Of a stretch of DNA of 64,000 bases, positions 9,098-17,969 are shown in pieces (positions within the stretch are counted from its first letter, which is position 1; every line of letters begins with the position of its first letter). This DNA is from Myxococcota bacterium (GTDB lineage: Bacteria; Myxococcota_A; UBA9160; UBA4427), in contig JANQEL010000227.1 of assembly GCA_028278345.1 (NCBI GenBank), forward strand, positions 43,924-107,923, in the 5' to 3' direction. Under the pieces are notes generated by a model, which saw only the letters and a program-made list of their open reading frames with translations, was not told where the DNA came from and searched no databases. The position numbers and the translations under genes are program-made.

Positions 9098-9848
9098 CGA
9101 AGTACGCCTCTTCCATGTTCGAGAGCCGCGCGAGCACCTGCTTGGCGAGATCGAGGGAGCGCCTTGCACCCTTGGCATCCGACTTGGGTTCGAAGCACTC
9201 CATCTCGACATGGAACGTGTCGCCCATGTTCGGAATGCTTCCCCAGGTCTCCTGGGTATCGCCGCGGGCATAGACGCAGAGCACCCGACAACCGGGAGTC
9301 GAATTGATGATGCGACCCACGCCCCAGGCGATCGACTCTCCCGTGACGCGACCCGTGCGACTGCGCGTGCCTTCCGGGAACACCATCGCGATCTCTCCCC
9401 GGTTCAGCAGATAGGTCACGCGCGAAAGCACCTGCCCCACCTGTTCCCGCTCCCCGCCACGCGAGATCGAAATGCACTTCGCGAGGAAGGTGAGAAGTCG
9501 CGTCATGTAGGTGCGCCCGAAGTTCTTTCGTTCGGGCGTGTTCCAGGCCAGGGCGTCGTAGTGGATCGAGTAGTACCACCAGGGCGCGAGGGCCCACGCG
9601 ACGATCAGCGAGTCGATCAGCGTCAGGTGGTTCGGGCAGATGAGCAGGGGCGCATCACTCTCTTCGCGCAACGCGCGAAAGCGCGCGCGAAGCGCCTTCG
9701 CATCTGCGATGCGGTAGCCGAGAATCCACCGCATGAAGAAGACGAGCGGACCGATCCAGAATGGAGCGACGAGCCGCCCCACTTCACGTTGGAACGCGTG
9801 ATGGAAGAGCACGCGACGGGATAGCCCCGTTGGCGCCGCCTTGCCCAT
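9084..9848 (-). CDS. PlsC-type lysophospholipid / 1-acyl-glycerol-3-phosphate acyltransferase
   Basis: The HX4D motif is NHLTLID and the second motif is VFPEGTRSRTGRV. 254 aa. Confidence 0.8.
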   Translation of the reverse strand: MGKAAPTGLSRRVLFHHAFQREVGRLVAPFWIGPLVFFMRWILGYRIADAKALRARFRALREESDAPLLICPNHLTLIDSLIVAWALAPWWYYSIHYDALAWNTPERKNFGRTYMTRLLTFLAKCISISRGGEREQVGQVLSRVTYLLNRGEIAMVFPEGTRSRTGRVTGESIAWGVGRIINSTPGCRVLCVYARGDTQETWGSIPNMGDTFHVEMECFEPKSDAKGARRSLDLAKQVLARLSNMEEAYFDGRQ

Positions 9849-9873
9849 GCGAGCCTCCGAAGTCGCTACCGGC

Positions 9874-10122
9874 TCAGCCGAGCTTCGAGGCGATCAGCGT
9901 GACGGCGTCGCCGACGGTGTTCACCGAATCGACGTCCTCGTCGGCGATCTCGATGTCGAACTCGTCCTCGAATGCGATCACGACGTCAACCAGCCGCGCC
10001 GAGTTCACCTTCAGGTCTTCGAGGATGTTCGTATCCATCGACACCGAGGCGAGGGCATCTTCGTTCTTCACCCACGGCGTGAGGATCTTGACGACTCCTT
10101 CCATCACTTCCGACTGTTCCAT
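9874..10122 (-). CDS. Acyl carrier protein (divergent)
   Basis: 82 aa. LEDLKVNSARLVDVVIAFEDEFDIEI is an ACP helix II pattern, but with NSA in place of the canonical DSL. GGAGG sits 4 nt upstream of the ATG. Confidence 0.85.
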   Translation of the reverse strand: MEQSEVMEGVVKILTPWVKNEDALASVSMDTNILEDLKVNSARLVDVVIAFEDEFDIEIADEDVDSVNTVGDAVTLIASKLG

Positions 10123-10188
10123 GACTCCTCCAATTGGCAGATTTTCGAGATTGAGTTGGCGCGTCGCGCAGGGGAGATCGGGCTCCGC

Positions 10189-11460
10189 CTACGCTTCCCA
10201 CTTCTTGTAGATCACGCAGGCGTTCACATCGCCGAAGCCGAAGCTCGACTTGGCGAGGATCTTCATGTCCGGCGCATCGCCGCCCTCGTGGGGGATCGAC
10301 TGGGCGTAGGGCTGGATCTCATCGTGGACGTCTTCGCAGTTGATCGCGGGCTGCACGAAGCCGCCCTTCAGCATCAGGACGGAGGCCACCGACTCGAGAC
10401 CGCCGGCCGCGCCGAGGGCGTGACCCACGAGGGACTTCGTTGCGGTGATGGTCGGGAAGTCATCCGGCGCGCGGTCGAGCCCGCGCGACCAGGAGCCGAT
10501 CTCCTTCGGGTCGGCACCCGTCGCGGTGAGGTGGCCGTTGATCACGTCGACCTGCGAACCGTCGATCTTCGCGTCGGCGAGTGCCGTCTTGATGCAGCGC
10601 ACCACGCCTTCGGGGTTCGGCGCCGTCATGCTGCCGCCGGTGCGGTGGCCGCCGCAGTTCACGGCCGACCCGAGCACTTCGGCGTAGATCTCGGCGCCGC
10701 GCGCTTCCGCGCTCTCGAGACTCTCGAGCATCAGCATGCCCGCACCCGAACCCGGAATGAAGCCCCCCGCCGATGCGCTCATCGGGCGCGACGCCTTCTC
10801 GGGTTCGTCGTTGAAGTCGCGGCACAAGACGCGCATCGCGTCGAAGCCCGCCCAGATGTAGTGGCTGGCCGCTTCGGCTCCACCGCAGATCATGCGCTCG
10901 GCGAGGCCCGCGCGAATGCGTTCGACCCCCATCGAAACGGCTTCGGTGCCGGTGCTGCACGCACTCGAGTTCGTCGTGACCTGGTTACCGAGGGCGAGCT
11001 GCCCCGAGACACGCGCCGAGATTCCGCTCGCCATCACCTGCTCGACCGAGGTCGAGCCCAGGCGGCGGATCTTCTTCTGGTCGGTGAGCGGCACGACCTT
11101 TTCCGCCGTCGTATCCATGCCGCCGATCCCGGTGCCGAGGATCGCGCCGGTATCCCAATCGACGTCGCTTTCGAGCTCGGGCACCTCCAGCTCCGCGCTG
11201 CGCCAGGCTTCGACCGCGGCCAGGCTCGCGTAGCGATGGCTCATGTTCATCGCGAGCAGTTCGTCTTCGCGGAAGGTGGCTTCGGCCAACTCGTCGACGC
11301 CCTCGGGCGTACCGGCAACGCGACAACCGAACTTGCAGTCTTCCATGATCGCCTGATAGCGGATCCCGGACTGTCCCTTCCGCAGCGCCGATTCGAAGGC
11401 GCTGATGCCGTTGCCGTTCGGCGCGATCACGCCGAGACCCGTCACGACTACTCGTCTCAT
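10189..11460 (-). CDS. Beta-ketoacyl-ACP synthase I/II (FabB/FabF family)
   Basis: Starts MRRVVVTGLGV. The Cys-His-His triad contexts are NSSACSTG, NGHLTATG and KSLVGHALGAAG. The start overlaps the upstream stop (ATGA at 11457-11460). Confidence 0.9.
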   Translation of the reverse strand: MRRVVVTGLGVIAPNGNGISAFESALRKGQSGIRYQAIMEDCKFGCRVAGTPEGVDELAEATFREDELLAMNMSHRYASLAAVEAWRSAELEVPELESDVDWDTGAILGTGIGGMDTTAEKVVPLTDQKKIRRLGSTSVEQVMASGISARVSGQLALGNQVTTNSSACSTGTEAVSMGVERIRAGLAERMICGGAEAASHYIWAGFDAMRVLCRDFNDEPEKASRPMSASAGGFIPGSGAGMLMLESLESAEARGAEIYAEVLGSAVNCGGHRTGGSMTAPNPEGVVRCIKTALADAKIDGSQVDVINGHLTATGADPKEIGSWSRGLDRAPDDFPTITATKSLVGHALGAAGGLESVASVLMLKGGFVQPAINCEDVHDEIQPYAQSIPHEGGDAPDMKILAKSSFGFGDVNACVIYKKWEA

Positions 11461-11915
11461 CGTGGAACTCCCATTCCCGACAGCACTCCCGAACACACCA
11501 CGGTACCGTCGTCGAGCGTCATCTCTACTTCGCAGCGAAGCTTCTTGCGGCGGAACATGCTCTTTCGCGCGGTGGTGGTCACGCGATCGCCCGGTTTCAC
11601 GATGCCCGAGAAATCGACCTGGGCGTCGGTGAACAGCGTGATGAGCTTCTCGACCTCTTCCGCCGAGTGCTCGGCGGCGTAGAGGTAGATGCCGTACGCC
11701 ACGACCCCGGCCTGGGCCATGGTCTCGATCAGGATCACCCCCGGCGTCACGGGGTTGCCGGGGAAGTGACCGCGATAGAAATCCTGGTCTTCGCGAAAGG
11801 TGTACCGCGCCACGATGTGATCGGGGTCGAGCTCCACGATCTCGTCGATGAAGCGGAAGGGTTCCTGTTGGGGGACCCTGGCGAGCACTTCTTCGTGGCT
11901 GAGCAGATCACCCAC
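11457..11915 (-). CDS. FabZ-like 3-hydroxyacyl-ACP dehydratase (hotdog fold)
   Basis: FYRGHFPGNPVTPGVILIETMAQAG is the FabZ active-site pattern. 152 aa. The GTG start overlaps the FabG stop by 8 nt. Confidence 0.8.
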   Translation of the reverse strand: MGDLLSHEEVLARVPQQEPFRFIDEIVELDPDHIVARYTFREDQDFYRGHFPGNPVTPGVILIETMAQAGVVAYGIYLYAAEHSAEEVEKLITLFTDAQVDFSGIVKPGDRVTTTARKSMFRRKKLRCEVEMTLDDGTVVCSGVLSGMGVPR

Positions 11916-12636
11916 CGTACATGCCTCCGTTGACGTGCACGACCGTGCCGTTGATGTAACTCGCGCGCGTCGAGAGATAGGCGACCACGTCGGCGACTTC
12001 GTCTGCCGTTCCCATGCGGCCCTGCGGAATCCGCGAGAGGATCTGTTCCTTGACCTCGTCGGGAAGCTCTTCCGTCATGTCGGTGTCGATGAAACCGGGG
12101 GCGACGGAGTTCACCAGGATCTCGCGGCCGGCGAGCTCCTGGGCCAGCGACTTCGTGAAGGCGTCGAGCCCGGCCTTCACCATCGTGTACGGCACCTGAC
12201 CGGGGTTGCCGGTGTGCCCCACCACGCTCGAGATGTTCACGATGCGGCCGGTTCCCTTTCGCATCATGAAGCGTCGCAACACCATCTTCGAGAGATACCA
12301 GGTACCGCGAGCCACCTGGGCCACCGAATCGTATTGCTCGAGGTTCATCGTCAGCATCGGGGCGTTGACGTTGTAGCCCGCATTGTTGACCAGCACGTCG
12401 ACGCGACCGGCCACCTCCTTCAACTCCTTCACCATCGCGTCGATGGCGTCGGAATCGGAGAGATCGGCGCGCACGCCGAAGCCGTCGGGCAACTCGGCGA
12501 TCAGCTTCTTCGCCTTCTCCTCGCTCGAGCGATAGTGGACGCCCACGCGAAAGCCCTCTTCCGCGAGTCGTCGGCAGCAGGCTGCACCGATCCCGGTGCC
12601 GCCCCCCGTCACGAGTGCCACCGCGGCCTCGCTCAT
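11908..12636 (-). CDS. fabG: 3-oxoacyl-ACP reductase (SDR, FabG-like)
   Basis: Contains VTGGGTGIGAA, NNAG and YTMVKAG (YxxxK). 242 aa. The ATG at 12636 overlaps the FabA stop (ATGA). Confidence 0.9.
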   Translation of the reverse strand: MSEAAVALVTGGGTGIGAACCRRLAEEGFRVGVHYRSSEEKAKKLIAELPDGFGVRADLSDSDAIDAMVKELKEVAGRVDVLVNNAGYNVNAPMLTMNLEQYDSVAQVARGTWYLSKMVLRRFMMRKGTGRIVNISSVVGHTGNPGQVPYTMVKAGLDAFTKSLAQELAGREILVNSVAPGFIDTDMTEELPDEVKEQILSRIPQGRMGTADEVADVVAYLSTRASYINGTVVHVNGGMYGG

Positions 12637-13235
12637 CGATCGTCCCTCCCGCCGTGGGCGTGTTCCGAAGCCAGGGGATAGTCGCCGTAGTCGATGCCGG
12701 TGAAGGTGCCGACGCGCGCCTTCTCGATGCGGTAGATCTCCTGATCGTCGACCAGCACGCGCGCGTTGCCGACCGCCATCGAGGCGCCCTGGGTTTCGAG
12801 TTCGGTGTAGCGGCGCACGTCGATCTCGTAACGCACGAGTTTGTCGTAGGGCCGGATCTGCCCCATGAAGTCGACTTCGCCCACGCCGAGAGCGCGACCG
12901 GTTCCCGGCCCACCGCGCCAGACGCAGTAGAAGCCGAGCAACTGCCACACGGCATCGAGGCCGAGACAGCCCGGCTGCACCGGATCGCCGTTGAAGTGGC
13001 AGTGGAAGAACCAATCGTCGAGACCTACGTCGGCTTCCGCAACGATGCGCCCGCGCGCCTTGTTGGCTTCGATCTCGGTCACGCGATGGAACATCATCAT
13101 CGGCGGAGTCGGGAGCCGCGCGCGAAAGCTCTCCGGCGGATCCTTCACCAGGCGGCCATAGGCAAAGGCCAGCAGTTCGGCACGATCGAAGTGATCGCGG
13201 CCGCGAAATTCTTCATACGTGATCGGGTTGGTCAC
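12633..13235 (-). CDS. fabA: FabA-type 3-hydroxyacyl-ACP dehydratase/isomerase
   Basis: FFHCHFNGDPVQPGCLGLDAVWQLLGFY closely matches the FabA signature FFxCHFxxDPVMPGCLGLDAxWQL. I chose the GTG at 13235 because it overlaps the KAS III stop (GTGA). The longer ORF runs to 13286. Confidence 0.8.
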   Translation of the reverse strand: MTNPITYEEFRGRDHFDRAELLAFAYGRLVKDPPESFRARLPTPPMMMFHRVTEIEANKARGRIVAEADVGLDDWFFHCHFNGDPVQPGCLGLDAVWQLLGFYCVWRGGPGTGRALGVGEVDFMGQIRPYDKLVRYEIDVRRYTELETQGASMAVGNARVLVDDQEIYRIEKARVGTFTGIDYGDYPLASEHAHGGRDDR

Positions 13236-14278
13236 GCTGCCCCTCCCGACGACGCGCGATTGAACCGCAACAGATATCGCCCCCACGTCAGTCCCGACCC
13301 GACACCCACCAGCGCGATGTCATCGTCGGCGTTCCACTTGCCCCAGTTCTGCGACACGACCGATGCACTGCTCGCGCCGCCGGTGTTGCCATACCAGTCG
13401 ACGTTGAAGTGATGGCGCTCTTCGGGAATGTCGCACCGGTTGCAGACGTTTTCGAGCATCCGGAGGTTCGCCTGGTGGCCGATGAAGTGCAGGCGTCGGC
13501 CCTCTTCGGCGTATTCCTCTTCGAGGGCGCGATAGCCCGCGATCGTCTTCTTGATCGCGAACATCTGCACCGTGCGCCCTTCCTGCTCGAAGAAGCCGAG
13601 GCGTGGGATCACCACCTTGTCCTGCCCGGCGGGATTCGACGCGAGATTGCTGCCCAGCACCGTCGCCGCACCCGGGTTTCGCGTCGAAAAGACCGCCGCC
13701 GCTGCGCCATCGCCCCAGAGCACCGCCGAGTTGCGGTCCGAGTAGTCGATGGTTCGCGTCATGACTTCGGCGGCCACCACCAGCACGAAATCGGGCAATG
13801 CGCCCTCGTCCATCATGGAGAGCATGCGGACCGCCGCGAAGTAGCTGGTGCAGGCCGAAGCGACGTCGAAGGCCGGGGCTTCGATGCCCAGCAGATCGGC
13901 GACACGCGCGCCCTCCGCCGGGATCGCGTAATCGGGGGCACAGCCCCCGCCGATCACCATGCCGATCTGGTCCGCCGTCACGCCTGCGCGCTCGAGGGCC
14001 ATCCTGGCCGCTGCGGCGCCCATCTCGGCGTTCGACACCTCGGCCACCGCGATCCCCTCGCGCGGATCGCGATTCTTCGTTTGTGCGATGTAGTCGAGGG
14101 GGAGCCCCGTGCGCCGCGAGCGAATTCCGACGCGATCCATGATCCAGTCGTCACTCGTCTCGATCTCGAGGCTCTCGAGAAAGGCGTTGGTGATCTCGTT
14201 GGGCGGGTGGAAGTGCCCGATCCCGTGGAGTTGAAGACTCACTTCGCGCACCCCCCATTCATCTGAGGCACTCCACAT
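13232..14278 (-). CDS. Beta-ketoacyl-ACP synthase III family (FabH-like)
   Basis: The Cys-His-Asn contexts are ASACTSYFAA, IGHQANLRM and YGNTGGASSASV. 348 aa as the ORF is drawn, and the exact start is uncertain. It is the first gene of the operon. Confidence 0.8.
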   Translation of the reverse strand: MWSASDEWGVREVSLQLHGIGHFHPPNEITNAFLESLEIETSDDWIMDRVGIRSRRTGLPLDYIAQTKNRDPREGIAVAEVSNAEMGAAAARMALERAGVTADQIGMVIGGGCAPDYAIPAEGARVADLLGIEAPAFDVASACTSYFAAVRMLSMMDEGALPDFVLVVAAEVMTRTIDYSDRNSAVLWGDGAAAAVFSTRNPGAATVLGSNLASNPAGQDKVVIPRLGFFEQEGRTVQMFAIKKTIAGYRALEEEYAEEGRRLHFIGHQANLRMLENVCNRCDIPEERHHFNVDWYGNTGGASSASVVSQNWGKWNADDDIALVGVGSGLTWGRYLLRFNRASSGGAA

Positions 14279-14439
14279 CTCATGCCGCTTGATCGCGGTG
14301 AGATGGTGCGCGTTCGGGACTCAGAGTCATTGTTTGACGGCACGGAGTTCTGCTGGAGCACGAGCGCTGACAAGAGGGGCCACTCCACACCACGTCAAGC
14401 GTGGCTCATTGAACGCACAAACTAGCCTGAAAGGCGAAA

Positions 14440-14466
14440 GGGCTTTGCAAACCTCCTGCAAAACCC
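14440..14466. promoter_or_regulatory. Imperfect inverted repeat GGGCTTTGCA-N7-TGCAAAACCC in the AT-richer leader of the lipid operon
   Basis: The 10-nt arms match at 9 of 10 positions. It lies about 165-190 nt upstream of the KAS III start, in the lowest-GC stretch of the 14279-14642 intergenic region. Confidence 0.3.
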
Positions 14467-14642
14467 AGCATTCGTAATGTGTTTTTCGATCGGGTCGGAC
14501 GAGCCCCGACTCGGGTCGCTGCATCGCGATACTCGAGGGGGCTGGGTGGACGCGGCTTGCTTGGGTGGGAGATCCGGTCGGGGGTGACCGCGCAGGCGCG
14601 TCGCGAGGAGGCGGCAGCTTACCATGTGAGATTCCGGATATC

Positions 14643-17498
14643 TCACCCCTGCGGGGAAGGCGTCAGACCCAGACCGACCTCGTGGAGAACACCGGGGAGC
14701 GACTCGAGCTCGATCAGCGAAATCTTGCTCCCTCCGGGGAGAGCTTCCTGAAGAGTGCGGAAGTACGGCCGGTCGGGGCGGGCGTCGACGATCAGCGCGA
14801 TCCCGCGGTCGGTCTCGCTGCGGATCAGCCGCCCCATCATCTGCTTGAGGTGCAGCTTCATCTTCCCGAGCGAGAGGCGGGTGAAGGGGTCTTCCCCCGC
14901 TTCGCGCACGCGCTCCTCTCGCCGGCGGCGAAGCTCGTTCGGCACCTCGAAGGGGAGCTTCTCGATCACCACCGCCTGCAGGGCATCCCCCGGGAGATCG
15001 AGACCCTGCCAGAAGGTGCGCGCCCCGAGCAGCACCGCGCCCTCGCTCGAGTTCGCGAAGCGATCGACCAGGGCGGCGGGATCGTCGTGGGCCCGCACCG
15101 GGGCGAGCACTTCGATGCCGGTTCGATCGAGGGCCGTACTCAAGAGCGCCGCGACTTCACGCATGCGCTTCAGGCTCGTGAACAGGCCGAGGGTTCTTCC
15201 GCCGAGTTCGCGGGCGAGCAGTTCGAGGGCGCGCGCCGTGTCGGCCACCGGATCGCGTACCCGTGCCAACGCCACCGCGCGCATGTTGTCGTGATACGGA
15301 AACGGACTCGCGACGCGAACGCGTTCGACGAGATCGCGACCGCGTTCTTCGATCTCGAGTTCGCCGAGCGCCGCGAAGGCATCGTTGGCAACGAACAAGC
15401 TCGCCGACACCGCGGCGAAGGTGTCGAGTCCATCCATGAAACCCGCGTGATACGAAGACGCCGGACTCACCGGACGAATCGAAAGTCGAAAGCGCGAACC
15501 CGGTCGGCCGAGTCCTTCGAAGGAAGACACGTGACTCGGCGAATCACTGAACGCCATCCGCAACCCGTCGGCCGCGTCGTAGAGATCGCCGATGCCGCGC
15601 ATCAGCGGGTCGTCGCTTTCGTCGACGGTCGTGCGTTCGGCGGCGAGGGCTTCGGCCGCCTGGGCGACGCCGTCGAGATGGGTCGCGGCTTCGCGCGCGA
15701 AGCGGGCCGCGTCGGGAAGATGGACGTCGGGCTCCTTCGGTAGCTGCAGTTCGCCGTACTCGTTCGCGAAGCCCACGATGCTCTTCGCGAGCCCGCCGAA
15801 TGCGACGTCCACTTCGCGTCGCCACGAGAGCACGTCGACCGCGACCCGCTTTCGCAGTTCGACGGGAAGCAGGCGCGCCTCGCTGCGATCGCTCGGGCGG
15901 CCGAAGATCTCGTCGATGCGTTCGAGCACATCGTCGGGCTGCACCACCTGGGCGTACACGTTGTCGGCCACCCCGGCGAGCTCGTGGGCCTCGTCGCAGA
16001 TCACATGGGCGAGCCGCGGATAGTCGGGCGGCCAGCGCAAGAGCAGATCGTGGTTGGCCACCACGAGGTCGGCCTTCGCGAGCGCCGCCCGGCGGGCGCC
16101 GAAGGGACAACCCGGCGTTTTTCCACAAGCTTCCCGGCTGCAGTGCTCGGCGCGGCCAGCAACGGAACGTGTTCGCAAATCGCGCAAACGGGGGTAGCGG
16201 CGCATCAGGGCTGCTGGGAGGTCGCCGATCTCGGCGTGAGCGCGCGTGCGCGCACAGGTGAGCAGCACGCTGTAGGCCGCGCGCTCGTCGGGGAAGACGT
16301 CGATGTCGCGACCCTCTTCGAGCACCTGGTTCAAGCGTCTTTCGCAGGCGTAGTTCGCCCGGCCCTTGATCGAGAGCGCGCACAATCGCGGATGACCCAG
16401 GAAGCGCGCCGCGGCGGCAATGTCCTTCCGCAGCAACTGATCCTGCAGGAGTTTGGTTCGCGTCGAGACGACGATCGGTCCGCGCTCGCCGCGCTCGCGT
16501 CTTTCCCTCGCGAAGGGGATCGATGCCGCCAGATAGGCGAGTGACTTCCCGACGCCGGTTCCGCCTTCGAGCAGCAGTGTCTTGCCGTCGCGCAGGTGGC
16601 GGATGAAGTGGCGCGCGAGTTCGATCTGCTCTTCGCGCACGCGGTAGCCAGGGAAGTAGCGACGACCGCGGGCTTCGTCGTGAAGTGCGTCGAGGATCGC
16701 ATCTTCGTCGAAGGGGACGGGGGCTTCGTCGCAGTCGCCGATCTCGATGAACTGCGCGCCCGGTTTGGCCGCGTCTTCGCCCCTGCTTTCCAATCCCTCG
16801 ATGATCAACGGGCCGTGCAGCAGTTCGAGCCACGGCGACTCGGGTTCGTAGCGATCGAGGGCGCTGCGCGCGTTCGCGTAACGCGCTTCGCCGAGCTCGG
16901 CACCGGCGGCGATCGCGGCGAGCACCTCTGCGGTATCGAGGGCGTCCTGCAGCGCGCGATGTCGTTCCTCGCGACCGAGCAGCGTGCGCACGATGGTCGC
17001 GAGGCGCAGATCCGAGGCGTCGGGATGGGTGAGCGCGAGCAGGTCCTGGGTGTCGAGGAAGACCGCGCGCTTGAAGTCGGGTGAAAGGAAGCGCGAGAGG
17101 AAGCTGCGCTCGAACTCCGCGTTGTGGGCGATGATCACGCGGCCCGCGAGGGCTTCCTCGACGCGGTAGCGCACGTCGTCGAGGCGCGGCGCACCCTCGA
17201 CGTCGCGGTCGCGCAACCCGGTGATGCGCTGGATCTCCGGCGGCAGCGGCGCGCTCGGGCTCACAAGGCCGCCCAGGGCCGAGATCTCGACCCCGGAGGC
17301 GGCGAAATCGATTGTGAGAACGCCTACTTCCAGGATTTCGGCCGCCGAATCGCCCGGCAGCCCGGTGGTCTCGAGATCGACGATCGCCAGCGGCCCCGCG
17401 CGCTCGACGAGGCGGCGAAACCAGGCCGGATCGAAGCCGAGATCGTCGGCCGTGCGGGGCTGGAGCGAGAAGGCCTCGGCGGCTGGGGTCTCGGGCAA
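14643..17498 (-). CDS. dinG: DinG-family ATP-dependent helicase with N-terminal DnaQ-like 3'-5' exonuclease domain
   Basis: The exonuclease motifs are IVDLETTGL and IIAHNAEFERSFL. Walker A is GGTGVGKS and the DEAH box is VICDEAHEL. Cys-rich Fe-S insert residues fall in YACERRL, LLTCAR and CSREACGKTPGCPF. Confidence 0.85.
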   Translation of the reverse strand: MPETPAAEAFSLQPRTADDLGFDPAWFRRLVERAGPLAIVDLETTGLPGDSAAEILEVGVLTIDFAASGVEISALGGLVSPSAPLPPEIQRITGLRDRDVEGAPRLDDVRYRVEEALAGRVIIAHNAEFERSFLSRFLSPDFKRAVFLDTQDLLALTHPDASDLRLATIVRTLLGREERHRALQDALDTAEVLAAIAAGAELGEARYANARSALDRYEPESPWLELLHGPLIIEGLESRGEDAAKPGAQFIEIGDCDEAPVPFDEDAILDALHDEARGRRYFPGYRVREEQIELARHFIRHLRDGKTLLLEGGTGVGKSLAYLAASIPFARERRERGERGPIVVSTRTKLLQDQLLRKDIAAAARFLGHPRLCALSIKGRANYACERRLNQVLEEGRDIDVFPDERAAYSVLLTCARTRAHAEIGDLPAALMRRYPRLRDLRTRSVAGRAEHCSREACGKTPGCPFGARRAALAKADLVVANHDLLLRWPPDYPRLAHVICDEAHELAGVADNVYAQVVQPDDVLERIDEIFGRPSDRSEARLLPVELRKRVAVDVLSWRREVDVAFGGLAKSIVGFANEYGELQLPKEPDVHLPDAARFAREAATHLDGVAQAAEALAAERTTVDESDDPLMRGIGDLYDAADGLRMAFSDSPSHVSSFEGLGRPGSRFRLSIRPVSPASSYHAGFMDGLDTFAAVSASLFVANDAFAALGELEIEERGRDLVERVRVASPFPYHDNMRAVALARVRDPVADTARALELLARELGGRTLGLFTSLKRMREVAALLSTALDRTGIEVLAPVRAHDDPAALVDRFANSSEGAVLLGARTFWQGLDLPGDALQAVVIEKLPFEVPNELRRRREERVREAGEDPFTRLSLGKMKLHLKQMMGRLIRSETDRGIALIVDARPDRPYFRTLQEALPGGSKISLIELESLPGVLHEVGLGLTPSPQG

Positions 17499-17720
17499 GT
17501 CGGCGTACTCGCTAGCAGTTCATTGAAGAGCCCTGACCGAGCCAGGTGCAGTCATTCGGGCCAAGACCAAGGCGCGGAAGCGTGGGCGTAGCCAGAGCTA
17601 CGGCCGCGGTTTCGCAACGCGGGGATTGGCCCGAAGGGCTGCGCATGGCGACCGAAGGGATCTTCAATGCACTGCTCTAGTTCGAGGTGGGTGAAGGACG
17701 CCCACTGTAGCGCCGCGAGA

Positions 17721-17969
17721 TCAACCGCCGGCGAGGGCGGGAAGAAAGTGCACCTCGCTGCCATCCGGCACGGGTTCGAAGAGCGGATCCGCGACCATCT
17801 CGCCGTCGATGGCGACCGCGAACTTGTCACCGAGGCGTTCTTCGAAGCCCGGGTAGCGCGCTTCGATCGCGCGGATCACGGCGCGCACGGTACCGGCCTC
17901 GACTTCGAGGGTCGTCTGACCGTCGACATGGGATTGGAGTCGCGAAGGAACGCTGACCGTGCAGCTCAT
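17721..17969 (-). CDS. MoaD/ThiS-family ubiquitin-fold sulfur-carrier-like protein
   Basis: 82 aa ending ...HFLPALAGG with a terminal Gly-Gly. The ATG at 17969 overlaps the stop of the Mo-hydroxylase large subunit (ATGA). Confidence 0.7.
   Translation of the reverse strand: MSCTVSVPSRLQSHVDGQTTLEVEAGTVRAVIRAIEARYPGFEERLGDKFAVAIDGEMVADPLFEPVPDGSEVHFLPALAGG

Noticed and set aside
14625-14645. Hairpin GTGAGAT-TCCGGAT-ATCTCAC overlapping the dinG stop codon
   Set aside because: The stem is only 7 bp, no U tract follows on the minus strand and it lies partly inside the coding sequence. That is insufficient to call a terminator.
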